Assembly: GCF_009914755.1 (NCBI RefSeq) | Contig: NC_060926.1 | DNA from: the human T2T-CHM13v2.0 reference genome, Homo sapiens | Reading direction: 5' to 3' (one strand) | Length of the DNA: 64,000 bases | In this document: positions 1 to 15,146 of the stretch, in pieces | How the letters are laid out: each line of letters starts with the position of its first letter | How positions within the stretch are numbered: the first letter of the stretch is position 1 | Made by a program: the position numbers and the translations under genes | The notes under the pieces: model-generated | What the model was told of the DNA's origin: nothing | The model's input: only the letters and a program-made list of their open reading frames with translations | Database searches by the model: none

Positions 1-298
1 ATCTCACTATTACATATGAAATCTCTGTAATTGTACTTTGTCTACTTGCACAGGCATCTGGTTTATAGGTGGACTTACTTTAAGAAAGCTTGATATGTTC
101 AAATGCAAATAATCCAGCCTGAAGAATGATGGATAAGTATTAACACCCCCTAAAGAATTTTTTATTCTACAAAAAAAGAACTTACTACATGGGGTTTTTT
201 CCAATTACCTAATGCATTTTCCTAATGCGTGAAAAGTATTCTTTTGAATTCAAAGTGTTTATCAAAGAGATTAGTAAAATAAATTATGATGCACCATA

Positions 299-1154
299 TG
301 TGTTAGTCTGTTCAGGCTACCCTAACGAAGTACCACAGACTGGGTGGCTTAAAAACAGAGATTTATTGTCTCACAGTACTGGAGTTTGGAAGTCCAAGAC
401 CAAGGTGTTGGCAGAGTTGGTTTCTTCTGAGGCCTTTCTACTTGGCCTGTAGACAGCCATCTTCTCCCCGTGCTCTTCAGATCAACTTCCCGCTCTATGT
501 GTCTAAAGTTCCCCTTTTAATCATGTGAACAAATGTGAACCTGAAAAAGCCAACCCTTTAAGTGGCTAACTGGGCCTAAATTTAAAATAGAGCCAAGCAG
601 CCATTTGCTGCCTAGAGGTCACGCATGTACTCTATGTTCTCCCAAAAACCCACACTTTTTAACCTTTGGGACTTTCAGAGCTCACCATAACCAACCAATC
701 AGTGCTCATCTACCTTAGCCAATCAGGGCTCAGCTGTATCTAGCAATGGGCACTCAGCTGCACTGACCAATAAGAACTCAGTTGTGTCAACCAGTAAGAA
801 CTAAATGAATCTCAATCCTTCATTTGCATAAATGGACCTGATTGGGAACCTGGGCAAGAACTTTTGCTATAAAACCTGTCTTCCTTTTGCTCTCTGGAAC
901 AAATTTTTGTTTCATAACAAAGGCTGTGTTTTCCTAGTTTGCAAACTGTTTACTAGAATAAAGTCTCTTTCTTCTAAATTCTTTTTCAAAGAACTTTTGT
1001 TCACAATAGGAACACCAGTCATTTTGGATGAGGGCCCACTTAATGACTTCGTTTTTACTTAATTAATCTGTAAATACAATCTACATATAAGGTTACATTT
1101 TGAGGTACTGGAGTTACATATCTTTTTGTGGGGGACACAATTTAACCCTTAACA
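299..1154 (-). mobile_element. MaLR solo LTR, MLT1B-like, split by a nested ERV1 LTR (524-1005)
   Basis: Antisense MLT1 motifs: tgtgttagtc...gtaccacagactgggtggcttaaaaacagagatttatt...tctcacagt...ggaagtccaagaccaaggtgttggcag. Resumes at 1006 with ggaacaccagtcattttggatgagggcccac and ends gggggacacaatttaacccttaaca. Confidence 0.85.
524..1005 (+). mobile_element. ERV1 (MER4-group) solo LTR, LTR54-like
   Basis: TG...CA ends with perfect 10-bp terminal inverted repeat TGTGAACAAA/TTTGTTCACA. Internal tandem CCAAT units, TATAAAA near 868, AATAAA near 957. Subfamily name from memory. Confidence 0.75.
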
Positions 1155-2406
1155 TTATAGAATGAAATACTATACAGCCAGGACAAAGAGGGAGAGGTGT
1201 TGAGTGTGCTGAGAGTAAAAATCTCCTTACAAAGCATGTGAAAAAGCCAGTCCTCATGCCTGTATATTTTGAACCCCCTGTAAATTATGTGTGTGGGTGT
1301 GTGTGCATGAACATGAACATATATACATACATACAGGTGTGTTTCTTTAAGTTCTGAAAGAAATCAAGAAAACAAAATAGCCTTTTTGAAGAGGAAATTG
1401 TAGAAGAAGGGAAAGAGATGAACTTTTCATCTGTGCTTTATTGAATTTCTATTTCTATATTTTCTGAATCATACATATTTCTTTTCTTGCTTATAATTTT
1501 CTGCATCCTATTAAAAATGTAAGCTATGTACTGCCTTAAAAATATGAGTTGATTTACACATCAGTTCTCAGAATAGGTTTTGTGTGCCAAGCATGACCTA
1601 CATTCTGTGTACCTGTGTGTATTGGTAGGCTCTTAAAGGTTGTTTGTTTTAACCCACACATTGTGGGGCCTGGCATGGTTGGCCAGGAAATCAGGTCCCT
1701 CCTAGTGTTGTGGAGACAGTGATGAGGAGGGGGTGATGGTGATGTGGGTAATGGTGAAGAAAACAAAGTTGGTCATGGCGTGTATACTGGCTAGAACTGC
1801 TTTCTCAGATGATGAAATAGAGGCTTTTTCTTATATACCAACAGTCATCAAGCAAGACCTGTATCAGAGGACTTGGTCTACCATAGACTGTTACTACATC
1901 TAACACCTGCTACGCTTTTGTAGGTTCAAGAAAGATATCCTTGGAAGGAAAAAGAAGGTTGGATTCAGTGCATCATTTTTACTTTACAGAGCCCTGTCTT
2001 TACAGCAGTCCTTCTCAACCCCAGGTCCAGGAGAAAAGTAAGCCCTGAGGTCCTGAGACATCCATGGAATAGAAGCAATTCACTTTTCCCCTGCACTCCT
2101 GGAATGATCCTTGCTAAGTACTGCTCTTGGAACATTGAGAAAAAAAAGTCACTCCCATTAGGTTCTGCAGGGCTTAATTCTCTCGCAGAGCCTTTTTGAA
2201 AGGCTGGCCTAGACTCTGCTGCGCCTGCCCAGTGTTTTATGTAGGGCCCCACCCTACATGGTCAAACATCTACTTCTAAGAAGGAGCCAGGACACACTAT
2301 GGCCCCTGTAAAAGATAACAGCCAGGCCAGAGCCATCTGAGAGTTCTAGCCCCGCTCCAGAAGGTGGGTACTACCTGGCATGTTCACTCTAGACTTAAAA
2401 TCTAGT

Positions 2407-3065
<659 letters not shown>

Positions 3066-3404
3066 TTAAAGATGTCAACTAAGCATAGATATGAATACTA
3101 AATAAAGATAAGTCAATTGGTATTAACTTCCCATCTCTGCAGCATGCTGTGGGGCAAAGAGTGGTGCTCGTCTGGGTACATCCATGTCTCCCTTGTCGTG
3201 CTCCCAGATGCAACTGCTCCTTTCATTTCTCCCTGTCTACATTGAAATGTTTTCTATACACAGTGTAGGGAGTTCTCAGGCTTTCTTTTTGCAATGCTCA
3301 AAGTGATTTTTTTTCCCTCTCCTTAGCTTGCTAAAGAAATCTGGCAAATGTTGGGTAGAAGCATGTACATTCTAGCTCTTCGAAAAAAGTTTCATATATT
3401 TTTT

Positions 3405-3800
3405 CCAATTTTGGTATGGTGGTGAAATATGTGGTAAACATGAAATTCACCATTTTAACCATTTTCAAGTGTATAATTCAGTGAACTATAAGGTCAAGCA
3501 GCCATCATCATACTCCTTTTCCAGAACTTTCTCGCACTCCCGCTCTGAAATTCTGTGCCCATTGAACACTAACTCCCCATTCCCCGCCTCCCTCCCAGTC
3601 CCTGGCAACCACCGTTCTATTCTCTGTATATGAATTTGACAACTCTAGGCTCCTTGTACAAATGGAATCATGGGATATTTGTATTTTTGTGACTGGCTTC
3701 TTTCGCTTAGCATAATGTCCTCAGGGTTCACCCATGTTCTAACCTGTGGCAGAATTTCCTCCCCTTTTAAAGCTGAATAATATTCCATTGTATGTACATT
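3405..3800 (-). mobile_element. L1MB-type LINE-1 3' end fragment
   Basis: aaattcaccattttaaccattttcaagtgtataattcagtg...cctggcaaccacc...ttcgcttagcataatgtcc...gctgaataatattccattgtatg. Confidence 0.8.
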
Positions 3801-4611
3801 TTTCAATTTTTTTTAAATTAAACATTAATGGATTAGTAGATGATATGGGCATAAGAACATGCCAGAGGTCTCTCCCTACTTCTTCATGCATCCATCCAAC
3901 CTGCCAGGCACAGGCAGGGCATGGTCCAGACCAGGAGACAAGTCAACCAAAGCCTGCAGCAGACTCTGGGGCCATCTGGGTGAGGCTGTGACTACATTTA
4001 AGATGAGCCGGGGGCTTTCTGCAACCCAGGACACTTATGAATCTTCCCCTTTTGTCCATCCTTGGATGGCTCTCATTTACTCAAAGTTTAGAGATTCCCA
4101 GCTTGCCAAAACTTGAGAACATCTGTATGGACCCATTATGACCTGGAACGCTAGCGGTCACTGCCTGCAGGCCAGGAATGGTACCTCTGCGTGTGCATTT
4201 CCTGACCTGTGCTACCAGCTGCCTCTGAGTCTCATCTTGTAGTGTGAGACGCATGTGGTCCTGGCATTATAACAGGAAGAGATCTACTTGAGGGCAGTGG
4301 CTCCCCTCATGCCCCAAGGAAAAAAGTCATTTTCCCCACTGTGCAGAAATTGAGCGTTCTGTGTATTTTTGGTTGATATGCCCAAATCAATAATCTGTTG
4401 CCATTCTTATCTTCCCTGTTTCAATGACATCACTCTCCCCTGGCTATGAGCCAGACAACAGAGGGTGGCCTCCACTGTCACTCACGCCCTCTCTCAGCCG
4501 GTCACCACGCACTGTTCATCCTCCTTCCCCACGTCTCTTGCTGCAGCCCTCTTCTCCAGCCCTAGCACTGTTATCTTTAACTCAGGTCATGCCCACATCT
4601 GAGCCATTCTT

Positions 4612-5130
4612 TCAATAAATAATAACTGAGTGCACTGCACAGCTGATACTGGGCTACATCCCCAGGATTACACTGGAACAAGGCAGGACAGTCTCTGAGA
4701 ACTGACTTCGAAAGAGGACATTTCAATACCCTGTGACAACTGCCCTGACAGCCTGCGGGAGGCACTTCTCACTGGCTCCGGAGGTGGAGGAGGACTTCCT
4801 GGTGGAGGTGACAGCCAAGCTGAGATCACAGGGATCATTAGTTCTCTGGCAGAGCGAGGTTTGGGGGAGGGCAGGTTGGGAGCCAGGTGGGGAAGAATGT
4901 TCCAGGCCGATGAAACTGCCAAGGCAAAGGCCCAGGGGCAGCGCAGAGTCTGACAGAGCCACCAGGGCTGGAGCCACAGCACGGAGCATGGGTATGAGAG
5001 GAGGCCAGGGGAGGGCAGGACAGGAAGGGCCACATGGGCCTGGGCCCATGTGGCATGTTTGATTTTGCACAAATGGAGAATGCCTGAGCCCTGTGAGACC
5101 GCAGAGGGGTGGTGCCTGTAGATTTTTATT
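4612..5130 (-). mobile_element. L2 fragment
   Basis: ttcaataaataataactgagtgcac...gacttcctggtggaggtgacagccaagctgaga...gggaagaatgttccagg...gcaaaggcccagggg. Confidence 0.6.
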
Positions 5131-5145
5131 TTGGAAAGATCATCA

Positions 5146-5930
<785 letters not shown>

Positions 5931-6639
5931 ACTACTCAAGCAGCAACACTGAGAAATAAACTGCAAATGGGACCATGGCCCTCCCCGCCTTGGGCTTATC
6001 CAGGGCCTCCTGATGACTGTCAGGATAGAGCTCACCTCCGCACAAGGTCCCCCGGCTCTGGCTCCGCACCAGCTCTCTGCTCCAACCTGGCAAGCCCCAG
6101 ACAGTGCAGAGTGCTCCGGCTCTCACAGGTTCTGTGCCTTCTCCAGCATTCCCCTCCCACATCCTTGAACATGATGCCTCCTAGGGGAGCCTGGGGACTC
6201 CCCACAGCCTCCTGCCTGGGTGAGGTGTACCTCCCTAAGTCCCCAGAGCGTCAGCGACTACAGCTGTCCATCAGCCATCTACTCATCTGTCTCCATGTCT
6301 TCTTTACACCGGTCCCAGAGTAAATGCAACAAACAGTACCTGTTTGTTGAACTAATAATTGAAGGACCCACTATCCCCGTGACTGCGGCAGGTTTCTGTC
6401 CACTGCTGGGGCCTGTCTGTAAATACAGTCTCCACTGGAAGTTTTGCTCATCCATCCTCCCCACCGTGGGCTGTCTCCTTTCTATCGACCTCCCCAGCCC
6501 CATCCTTACAAATCCATCTGACACCACAACACCCTCCCTGATTTCTTTGTACTCAAGAGAAGAGGAGAACCTAGTAAGATCAGGTAACCATGAGGGGAAA
6601 AAAATGAAAACAACTAAAAAAGCAATGTCAATCATCCAT

Positions 6640-7310
6640 TCCAAAATTGTTCTGTGCTGCCTCCGAGGAGATGACATGAACAGAATACACAGAGACCCAG
6701 CTCTCATGAAGCTTAAGGTTCTGTGGGAGAAACAGTGATTAAATAGGAGCCGGCAGGAGTCACAGCTGTGTCCAGTGTGAGGCGCCTGCTGGAGCGGCCG
6801 GGGAAGGCTCCTCCCCGGAAGTGAGGCCTGAGTTCCGAGGGCTGGTTACCCAGGCAGAACCAGTGGGAACAGGTTTCTGGAAGGGAGGAACAGCGTGTGC
6901 AAACAGTCTGAGCCCAGACAACCACCATGAGCTAAGGGAAGGGCCGTGTGGCTGAGCGTTCTGGACCTGCTGGAAGAGGAGCTGAGAGGCAGGTGGGCAG
7001 CCAGGGGCAGTCCCCCCACAAAGGGGTTAAACCCATATCCTGAGCAATTTTGGAGTCTGAAGGGGAGAAGACAGGCAAGGATTTTCAGCAGGGAATCAAT
7101 GATCAGGTTTATGTTTTTAACAGCTCACTCTGGCTGCGGTGGGAGAAAGAAACCAGAGAGGCCAAGGCTAGACCCGAGTTAGCAATGACAACGGAGGCTA
7201 TCGCTGTTGCCCTGGTAAAAGACTGCAGTGGTGACAGCGGAGTGGGAGAGAAACAGGCAGGTGGGAGGGGTATTTAGGTGGTAAAATCAAGAGAAACTGG
7301 AGAGGGACTC
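6640..7310 (-). mobile_element. L2 fragment
   Basis: cagctctcatgaagcttaaggttctgtgggaga...gggaaggctcctccccggaagtga...ggattttcagcagggaatcaatgatcaggtttatgttttt...cactctggctgc. Confidence 0.65.
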
Positions 7311-7597
7311 GACGCAGTGGGAGCTCACTGGCCACGTTTCAAATCCTAACCTCCAGCCCCATGTCCCCATTACAGAGCGAGAGTAGCCTGCTACCTGCAT
7401 TTAATTGCTTCATAGTGGTGACCACATAATTCTGATCCAGTGAACAACCAACATATTCCACCCTCACCATCTCTCTCTACTAAGAGAGATGATAGCACAG
7501 TAATATAGAAGGCAGGGAGGAGTCTATATGTCATGCCATTTTTTTCTTCAGAGAAGCCCGCTGTGGGAACCACCGTGAAGAGCATCTCTCACGTGTT

Positions 7598-7850
7598 GTA
7601 TTGGTTAGGATGCTCACGCATAGGGGTTTGTTATCTCATTTAACGAGGAGGTCCCAGACAGGAGGTGGCTTGGTTCGGCAGCTCAACTCATCTTCAAACA
7701 CGCAGGCCCCCCTCTGTCTCCTGGCCCTGCCACTCTCTGAACACTGACTTGGATTTCAGGCTTGTCACCTCATGGACCCAAGATAGCTGCCATGGTTCCA
7801 GGCAACACATGTAATCTCAACAACATTCAGCCAAAGAAGAGGCTCCTGAA
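7598..7850 (-). mobile_element. Old MaLR LTR fragment (MLT1J/K-like)
   Basis: tattggttaggatgc...cagctcaac...cctcatggacccaagatagctgccatggttccaggcaacacat. Confidence 0.5.
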
Positions 7851-7924
7851 CTCGTCCTGTTCTAGCCTGACCAATCTTCTAAATCTGCGTCCCTGCCTTC
7901 ACAACTGTTCCATTACTATTGCTG

Positions 7925-8140
7925 TTGTGAATAACCAACATTCATGGGACAGCTACTGTGCCTGGGACACTGGACTAGGCACTTTATATGAAGTCACATG
8001 ATCTGTGCCAGTTCATAGCTTCTTACCATTTTGCAGGTGGGGAAATGAACATCAACTAACTTCAGTAAATTGCCCAAGGTCACCAACATAGCAGAGCTGG
8101 GATTGGAACATGGATCTGATTCTAGAGCTCAGGCTCTTAA
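7925..8140 (-). mobile_element. MIR
   Basis: ccattttgcaggtggggaaatga...gtaaattgcccaaggtcacc...gcagagctgggattggaac core. Confidence 0.75.
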
Positions 8141-8530
8141 AACCAGGAAGCTGTGCTGCTCAAATTTCTTTCAAGACTGACAAGATGCCTTTCTCTCACT
8201 GGTTTCCAGCATGCCACCTGCCACCATCACCCCAAGACATGCAATTCATGCCTCCCAGGGCAGCCACGCCTGAGGCACCAACTGCAGCTCCAGCTCTACT
8301 CTTGCAGAACTTCAGGATACTGAGTACCTTCTGCTCTGCCAGCCCCGTACTCCCTACCCTTCCTACAGCATCCATCCTCAAGCCCTTGTGCTTCACTGCA
8401 GCTGTGTCTGGTCTTGGACTTGGACAGCCTTAGCTAGGTCATCCTACCACTGACCAAAGTCTAGCTCAGACACTAACCTTTATGCTGCATCCATCATCTC
8501 ATTCGTCTCCTCCGGCCCTCCTCGCCCCAC

Positions 8531-9188
<658 letters not shown>

Positions 9189-9239
9189 TTAAAGGTGGAC
9201 AATTTCCAGTGTATATCTATGCTCAGCCAACTTCTCTTC

Positions 9240-9640
9240 TGTGTACAGTCTCTATCAAACATTGCATCAGTTCCCATGATTTCAACTGTTATTTCCCGTA
9301 GATGCCTTCTGCACTGGTACCCTCACCCCCGACCTCACTGCTAAATCTCAGTTTTGCATTTCCACCTCCCAGTGTCATCTTTCTAGAGACTTGAGATCAG
9401 TATCTCCAAAATAAAGCTCATGTCTTCTGTCCCACTCCTGCTCCAGTCCACGCCTTCTGTCTTCTTCATTTCAGACAACGGCACCTACCTTCTGTCTGCT
9501 GTGGTTCATTTATTCATCAAATTGTCAATGGAGTACTGCATTCCATGAGCCCAAAGAATCGCCCCACCTTGTTCCCTCTCCCTTCCTCATGGCTGGTCTG
9601 TTGCAAGTCCTGATGAATCTAGCCATTGTTTTCAGAATAT
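9240..9640 (+). mobile_element. L2 fragment
   Basis: cagttcccatgatttcaactg...cctcactgctaaatctcag...gcatttccacc...tctccaaaataaagctcatgtcttc...cagacaacggcacc. Confidence 0.5.
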
Positions 9641-10107
9641 GCCTTCTAGTCTTTGGCAATTCTGGTCTTTTAAAAGGAATGTTGTCCACTTGTGCAAACA
9701 GAATAATTTAGGCTCCCTCCTTCAAAAAAAGAAAATCTGAAATCAGAAATATGAGTCTCCATTAAAGAATTAACTTTAAATTAAAGGGAAATTATGAAAT
9801 CACTTAAACTGAAAAGGCACTATGTATCTGGATGCTGTGCTGTACAGTTTCTTTATCTTACTTTTAAGGCTACTGAATATATAACCTAATGCATTAAAGA
9901 GCTTTGTTTGGCCAAGTAGGCAGGTAGAAACATAGGACTTTAAATCAGATTAAATGCTTTGTTCACTATCAACAATGACAGGGTTTTCTCTGTTGTTTTT
10001 TCTTTTCCTTTCAATGTCAAATGATAAGGACTTTCTTGTGAGGAAATTGTTTTTTATTCAAGACTATGTTTACCTCCAATCACCCCTGAATTAATAATCC
10101 TATTGCT

Positions 10108-10321
10108 GGCTGGGTGCAGTGGCTCACGCCGTAATCCCAGCACTTTGGGATGCCAAGGAGGGTTGATCACCTGAGGTCAGGAGTTCAAGACCAGCCTGGC
10201 CAGCATGGTGAAACCCCATCTCTACTAAAAATACAAAAATTAGCCAGGTGTGGTGGTGGGCACCTGTAATTCCAGCTACTAGGGAGGCTGACGCAGGAGA
10301 ATCATCTGAACCAGTAGGTGG
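10108..10321 (+). mobile_element. Alu (Sx-type), 3'-truncated
   Basis: Left arm plus part of right arm. Breaks off after ...atctgaaccagtaggtgg with no tail. Confidence 0.9.
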
Positions 10322-11037
<716 letters not shown>

Positions 11038-11809
11038 GTTGATGCTGTTTTCTGATAGCCTCTAAACCTGTAATATAACATGAAGAGTTTCAAAAATACT
11101 TGGACATTTCCCACCACGCCTCTCCAAATCCCGCCAGACTTTCCAGGCTCAGCACAGTGTCTGCCCTTTCTCCGACAATTGTTGCATTTTGCCTTGTGTC
11201 CTGGAGCATCAGGGACTTGTGATCTCCGTAATTCCCTGAATACCTAAAGCCTGGATGAGAGCAATGATCTCAACTTTGGAGCCACCTTTTCTTGGTGTGT
11301 GTACAGGAGGATGGAGTGGGGATCAGGACCATGTTCAGGGACCAGGAAACAGTGTTTTGCACAAAGTGTGGGGCTGTCGGGTGGCTGACCTTCCGAACTG
11401 CTTTCTAGCTACACTGGGAGCCTGTGGGCAAGTGGTCTGTCACCCACCACGGCACGGTGAGGTGGCTTCCTCACAAGGCACTACTGTAGCAGAAGGCCAG
11501 TGGAGACTCTGCACGATTAGGTGGGGAGGACGTAACCCAGGAAGCCACCTGCTGCTGGGCAGAAGACTTGGGAGAGCCAACAGCCTCCCGAGAGTTGGGC
11601 CAGGAAGATGTGCTGCATGCTGTGTCTGATTGCAGGAGGGTGAGAGAGTGAACTCTTGGCTCTGGATGGTTGGGCTGGGGGGTGGGGAACCCTATATCTC
11701 CCCCACCCTGTTTTCACTGTTTTCCTTCCCCTTGCATTAATATAATGTGCCTCTGGCTCAAAACCATTGGTGTTATGGAAATAAAGAGTGCTGGGGGGCA
11801 GAGCAGGAA

Positions 11810-12030
11810 GGTTGAGTCTCACTTCTCTGAGCCTTAGAGATTCTCACTAAAAAATCAGCAGCAGCCTCATCTTTCTGCCTCCAGAAACTGTCATGCAGAC
11901 CAAACGAGGTCCCGCAGTTGAATATGCTCTGTAGGTGGTAGAATAAGATAAAGCCCTTCTGGATGAGAGCAGGCCTTGACTAATATGACTCTCCACGTGT
12001 TATGTGTTATTGCTTATCATTGTCATAGTC
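11810..12030 (+). mobile_element. MIR-like fragment containing a 44-bp MLT1-derived insert
   Basis: gtctcacttctctgagcct...gaaactgtcatgcagaccaaacgagg...gaatatgctctgt..., with tail tgttatgtgttattgcttatcatt. Confidence 0.5.
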
Positions 12031-12944
12031 CATATCATAATTAGTAGAAGCCTCTCAAAAAGCAAGAGTCCTTTGGTAAAGGGCAGCTCAGTGTCCTCTG
12101 TGTCATGTGCGCTCTGCAGGGAAGGATGCTGCGTAGATGAATGAACTTGGCACCATCTCTGATTCCCCATCTCCCCCTCCACAGCTTCTCGCCATGCCTG
12201 CCAGGCTCCCTTCTGACTCTCAGCCCTTTTCCTCGGGGATTAGCCATTCTCAGGAACCTCTGCCCCTGGCCGAAGGGCCCTTCCCTCCAGGGAGTAACAC
12301 AGGTAGATGCTCCCGGTGCCCACAGGGTTCGTCCAGAGACAGCCACCTTATCTATCGGGTCCCTCAGGCTACTCACTCGTTAAAGGACCTTGGTTAAGAC
12401 ACACAGTCCCCTTCATCATTTAATTCACCAGTGACATGAGATGACAAATGGAAATGCCAGTCCAGGGTGAGGGTTAGTAGGCAAAGTCAGGCAATATTCA
12501 TTCTTCCAGACAGATGCTTCTTAGCCTCTGACCTCATCACGCGCTGATCAGTGTTTTCTAGCTCTCTGGAGCATCAGCTCTCTGCAGGCATCTTGCCAAT
12601 GGGCCCCATGTGGCACATAAAAAGCATGTGTACAGTCCTGGCCTGATTCCTGCCACCACCCTTGCTTTGTTAAGGTAGAGCAACAGAATAATGACAGATA
12701 ACTTGCCGCGTTGTAAGATCTCAATTGAAAATGCAACATCCTACCTGCCGTGCACTGTGGTTAGATTAATATACAGTCTGTACATTTAAGTAAAATTCAT
12801 AAAAATCTGCATGAGCCTTTCACACAGACACACAAACACTCACACACACATCCCTCACCAATACCACGCCTCCCATTTTCTTCTATTGTTGTTCATGTCT
12901 TTACATCAAGAGAGTAAAGTATTTGAGGAAAGAACCTCCTACTT

Positions 12945-13110
12945 GAGGGTCACAGGATAGCGGTCAGACTGGAGCTGCTGTGTTACTTTATACAAGTCAC
13001 TTAACGTTTCTGAATGTCAGTTTCCTCACCTATAAATTGAAGATAGTTGAACCTAGCTCACAAGATGGTTGTATAGGCAGATGCAAAAGCGTAGTGAAAA
13101 TACAATGAGG
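12945..13110 (+). mobile_element. MIR
   Basis: caagtcacttaacgtttctgaatgtcagtttcctcacctataaattgaagata core. Confidence 0.7.
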
Positions 13111-13775
13111 CCATTGCCATTGCTATTACTGCCTCTTTCAAATATATCCACAATTCTCTTAAAATCTGGTGATTTTTATGAAAGCCAACTGAAAAGAGAC
13201 AAGCAAACATAAAAGGAATAACTGTACTGTCACGAGATGGCTTTCTCAAGCTACACATGGAAATAAACGTCTGATCTTGTACATTCCACTTCAGATGATG
13301 AGGAGGCACAGACTGGGCCCCAGCTTGGAGGAGAAGCACCTGCCACCTTCCAAGAGCCAGGGCCACCCAGGAGAAAACCTGGACACAGGGGAGGAGTGGG
13401 TGAGGCAGGGATGGGGAACTCCAGAGGCCTCTGGATGCCTGGTAGGGAGAGAAGAGGCCATGAGCCCTCCCGGGACAGGAGACCCAACTGGTAATGACAT
13501 TCTCTGACCTGCCCGCAGCGTGGCTTGTAAGGTGGACCTCAAGGGGCATCAGCTGGCCAGTTAGGCACTGTGCTGGTTAAACTTCTCCAGGATACTCTGA
13601 TCACTGACCAATCCCAGCCTCTCCACCAACTGGTTCAAACTGTATTCTCTGGGGGCTAAATCTTGTCCAATGCAGCTGAAAGATGGGTTTCATTTGCCCA
13701 GGCTGTGTTGTCTGTTCCTTCCCCATCTCTCCCAGCCAGCCTCCCCACCACGTGCCGCTCTGTTTCTGTTTCACA

Positions 13776-14215
13776 TGTGGTAGCTACTGTGAGTTGACTT
13801 TTTCAACCTCCATTCCTCTCCCACTCTAATGCACTTTCCTGCACAGAAGGAGCTGGAAAGCTCAAGTTTACATTTTCCAGATTTCTTGGCAACTAGGGAT
13901 CAGGGTGAGACTTAGGAACTACAGATCAGATGCAAGCACAGGCAACTTGGATTCTGAAATTATTTGCATGGAGAGAGGGCATATCAACTTGCAAGTACCA
14001 GTCCAGGCCTAGGCAGCATGGTCCTGGGCTTCTGTGACAGCAGCCTCCTTGGTACCCAGCTCTGTGGGGTGATTTTGGACCTTGTTCCTGTGAGTTTATT
14101 GTAGAGTCTTTTTTCATCCTTGCCAGCAATTCTGAAGGCTGGCTCCATCCCTCATAAATCTCTGCTTAAACAGAGATGGTTCTTTTACCTACAACTAAGA
14201 ACCCAGACCAATATA
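13776..14215 (+). mobile_element. ERVL solo LTR, LTR33-like
   Basis: tgtggtag...cctccattcc...gctggaaagct...acattttccagatttcttggcaactaggg...tctgcttaaa...caactaagaacccagaccaatata. Confidence 0.6.
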
Positions 14216-15146
14216 GTCTGTTACATTTTACAGATCCCTGAGATAAAATGTACCAGGGAAGCCCTTCCCTAGAGAACCATTCTAGGAATGTTTTTGTGAA
14301 GTGATTTGCTTAAAGTTATAACCTGGCATCAGCAGGTTGGTATGTTATGGCATGCCTAGTGTCCGGCATAAATAAATATAAACAAGATTTTTAAAAGCAT
14401 CACTTTGCCTCAGCCCTTGAGCTGAAAATGGTTTAATTTACAGAGGCAAGTAAGAAAGAAAAAAGTCACAAAAGTGAAGGGTTGTACTGAAGTTGCATCT
14501 GAAAAGGCTGGTTTTCATTTATCTTTTACACTAAGTAGTCATTCAGGCTTGACATGTGTGAATTTCCTGCCTTTTACAAATGAAATTCACAATTCTAATG
14601 GGAGAGTTGCAAATCAATTCAAAAGTTCTAGAAATCTCAGGCTGAAGATCAGCTTTCATATCAGACATCACCCATATTTGGGTTATTTCCAGAGCTAATA
14701 CCATTCTTAAGATCATCTTCATTATCTCTATTAAGTGCATAAATGTAATTTCTTCTACTACGAATACCACCCGTAAGAGAGAAAAACAAGCAATACTAAA
14801 CAATTTTTGTAAGAGTCTTCTTGGATATTTTTAGGGAAAGGCATTTTGAATCTTTCAGTTGTGTGAGACAGCCTGTTGCTGGGCAGGGAAGCCGGCCTGC
14901 TTGCATGAGAGTCATCTCTGCCTGGAAAAAAAGGTTTCTATCCTGGGCCTGGCTGCATCTGCCCTGGCAACGCTGACGCACAGAATGTTATTGGAATTGG
15001 AAAAGGTAACGCTGGGAAATGCAATGCCGGAGACTCTGAACCACGAGAACCACAGGCCTCTGAGGGTGCCTTTGAGTCCATCCCCCAGGGCTTTCGTGAG
15101 CCTGGAGCCACATCTGACAAGATGGGATAACTGTGGGATTGGGGAC

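Noticed and set aside
676-805. Regular ~21-bp repeat array resembling a CRISPR-like structure
   Set aside because: Contiguous degenerate tandem units without unique spacers inside a eukaryotic LTR; no cas genes.
6220-6738. 172-aa and 142-aa opposing ORFs
   Set aside because: Overlap L2-derived sequence, with no domain signature or exon boundaries.
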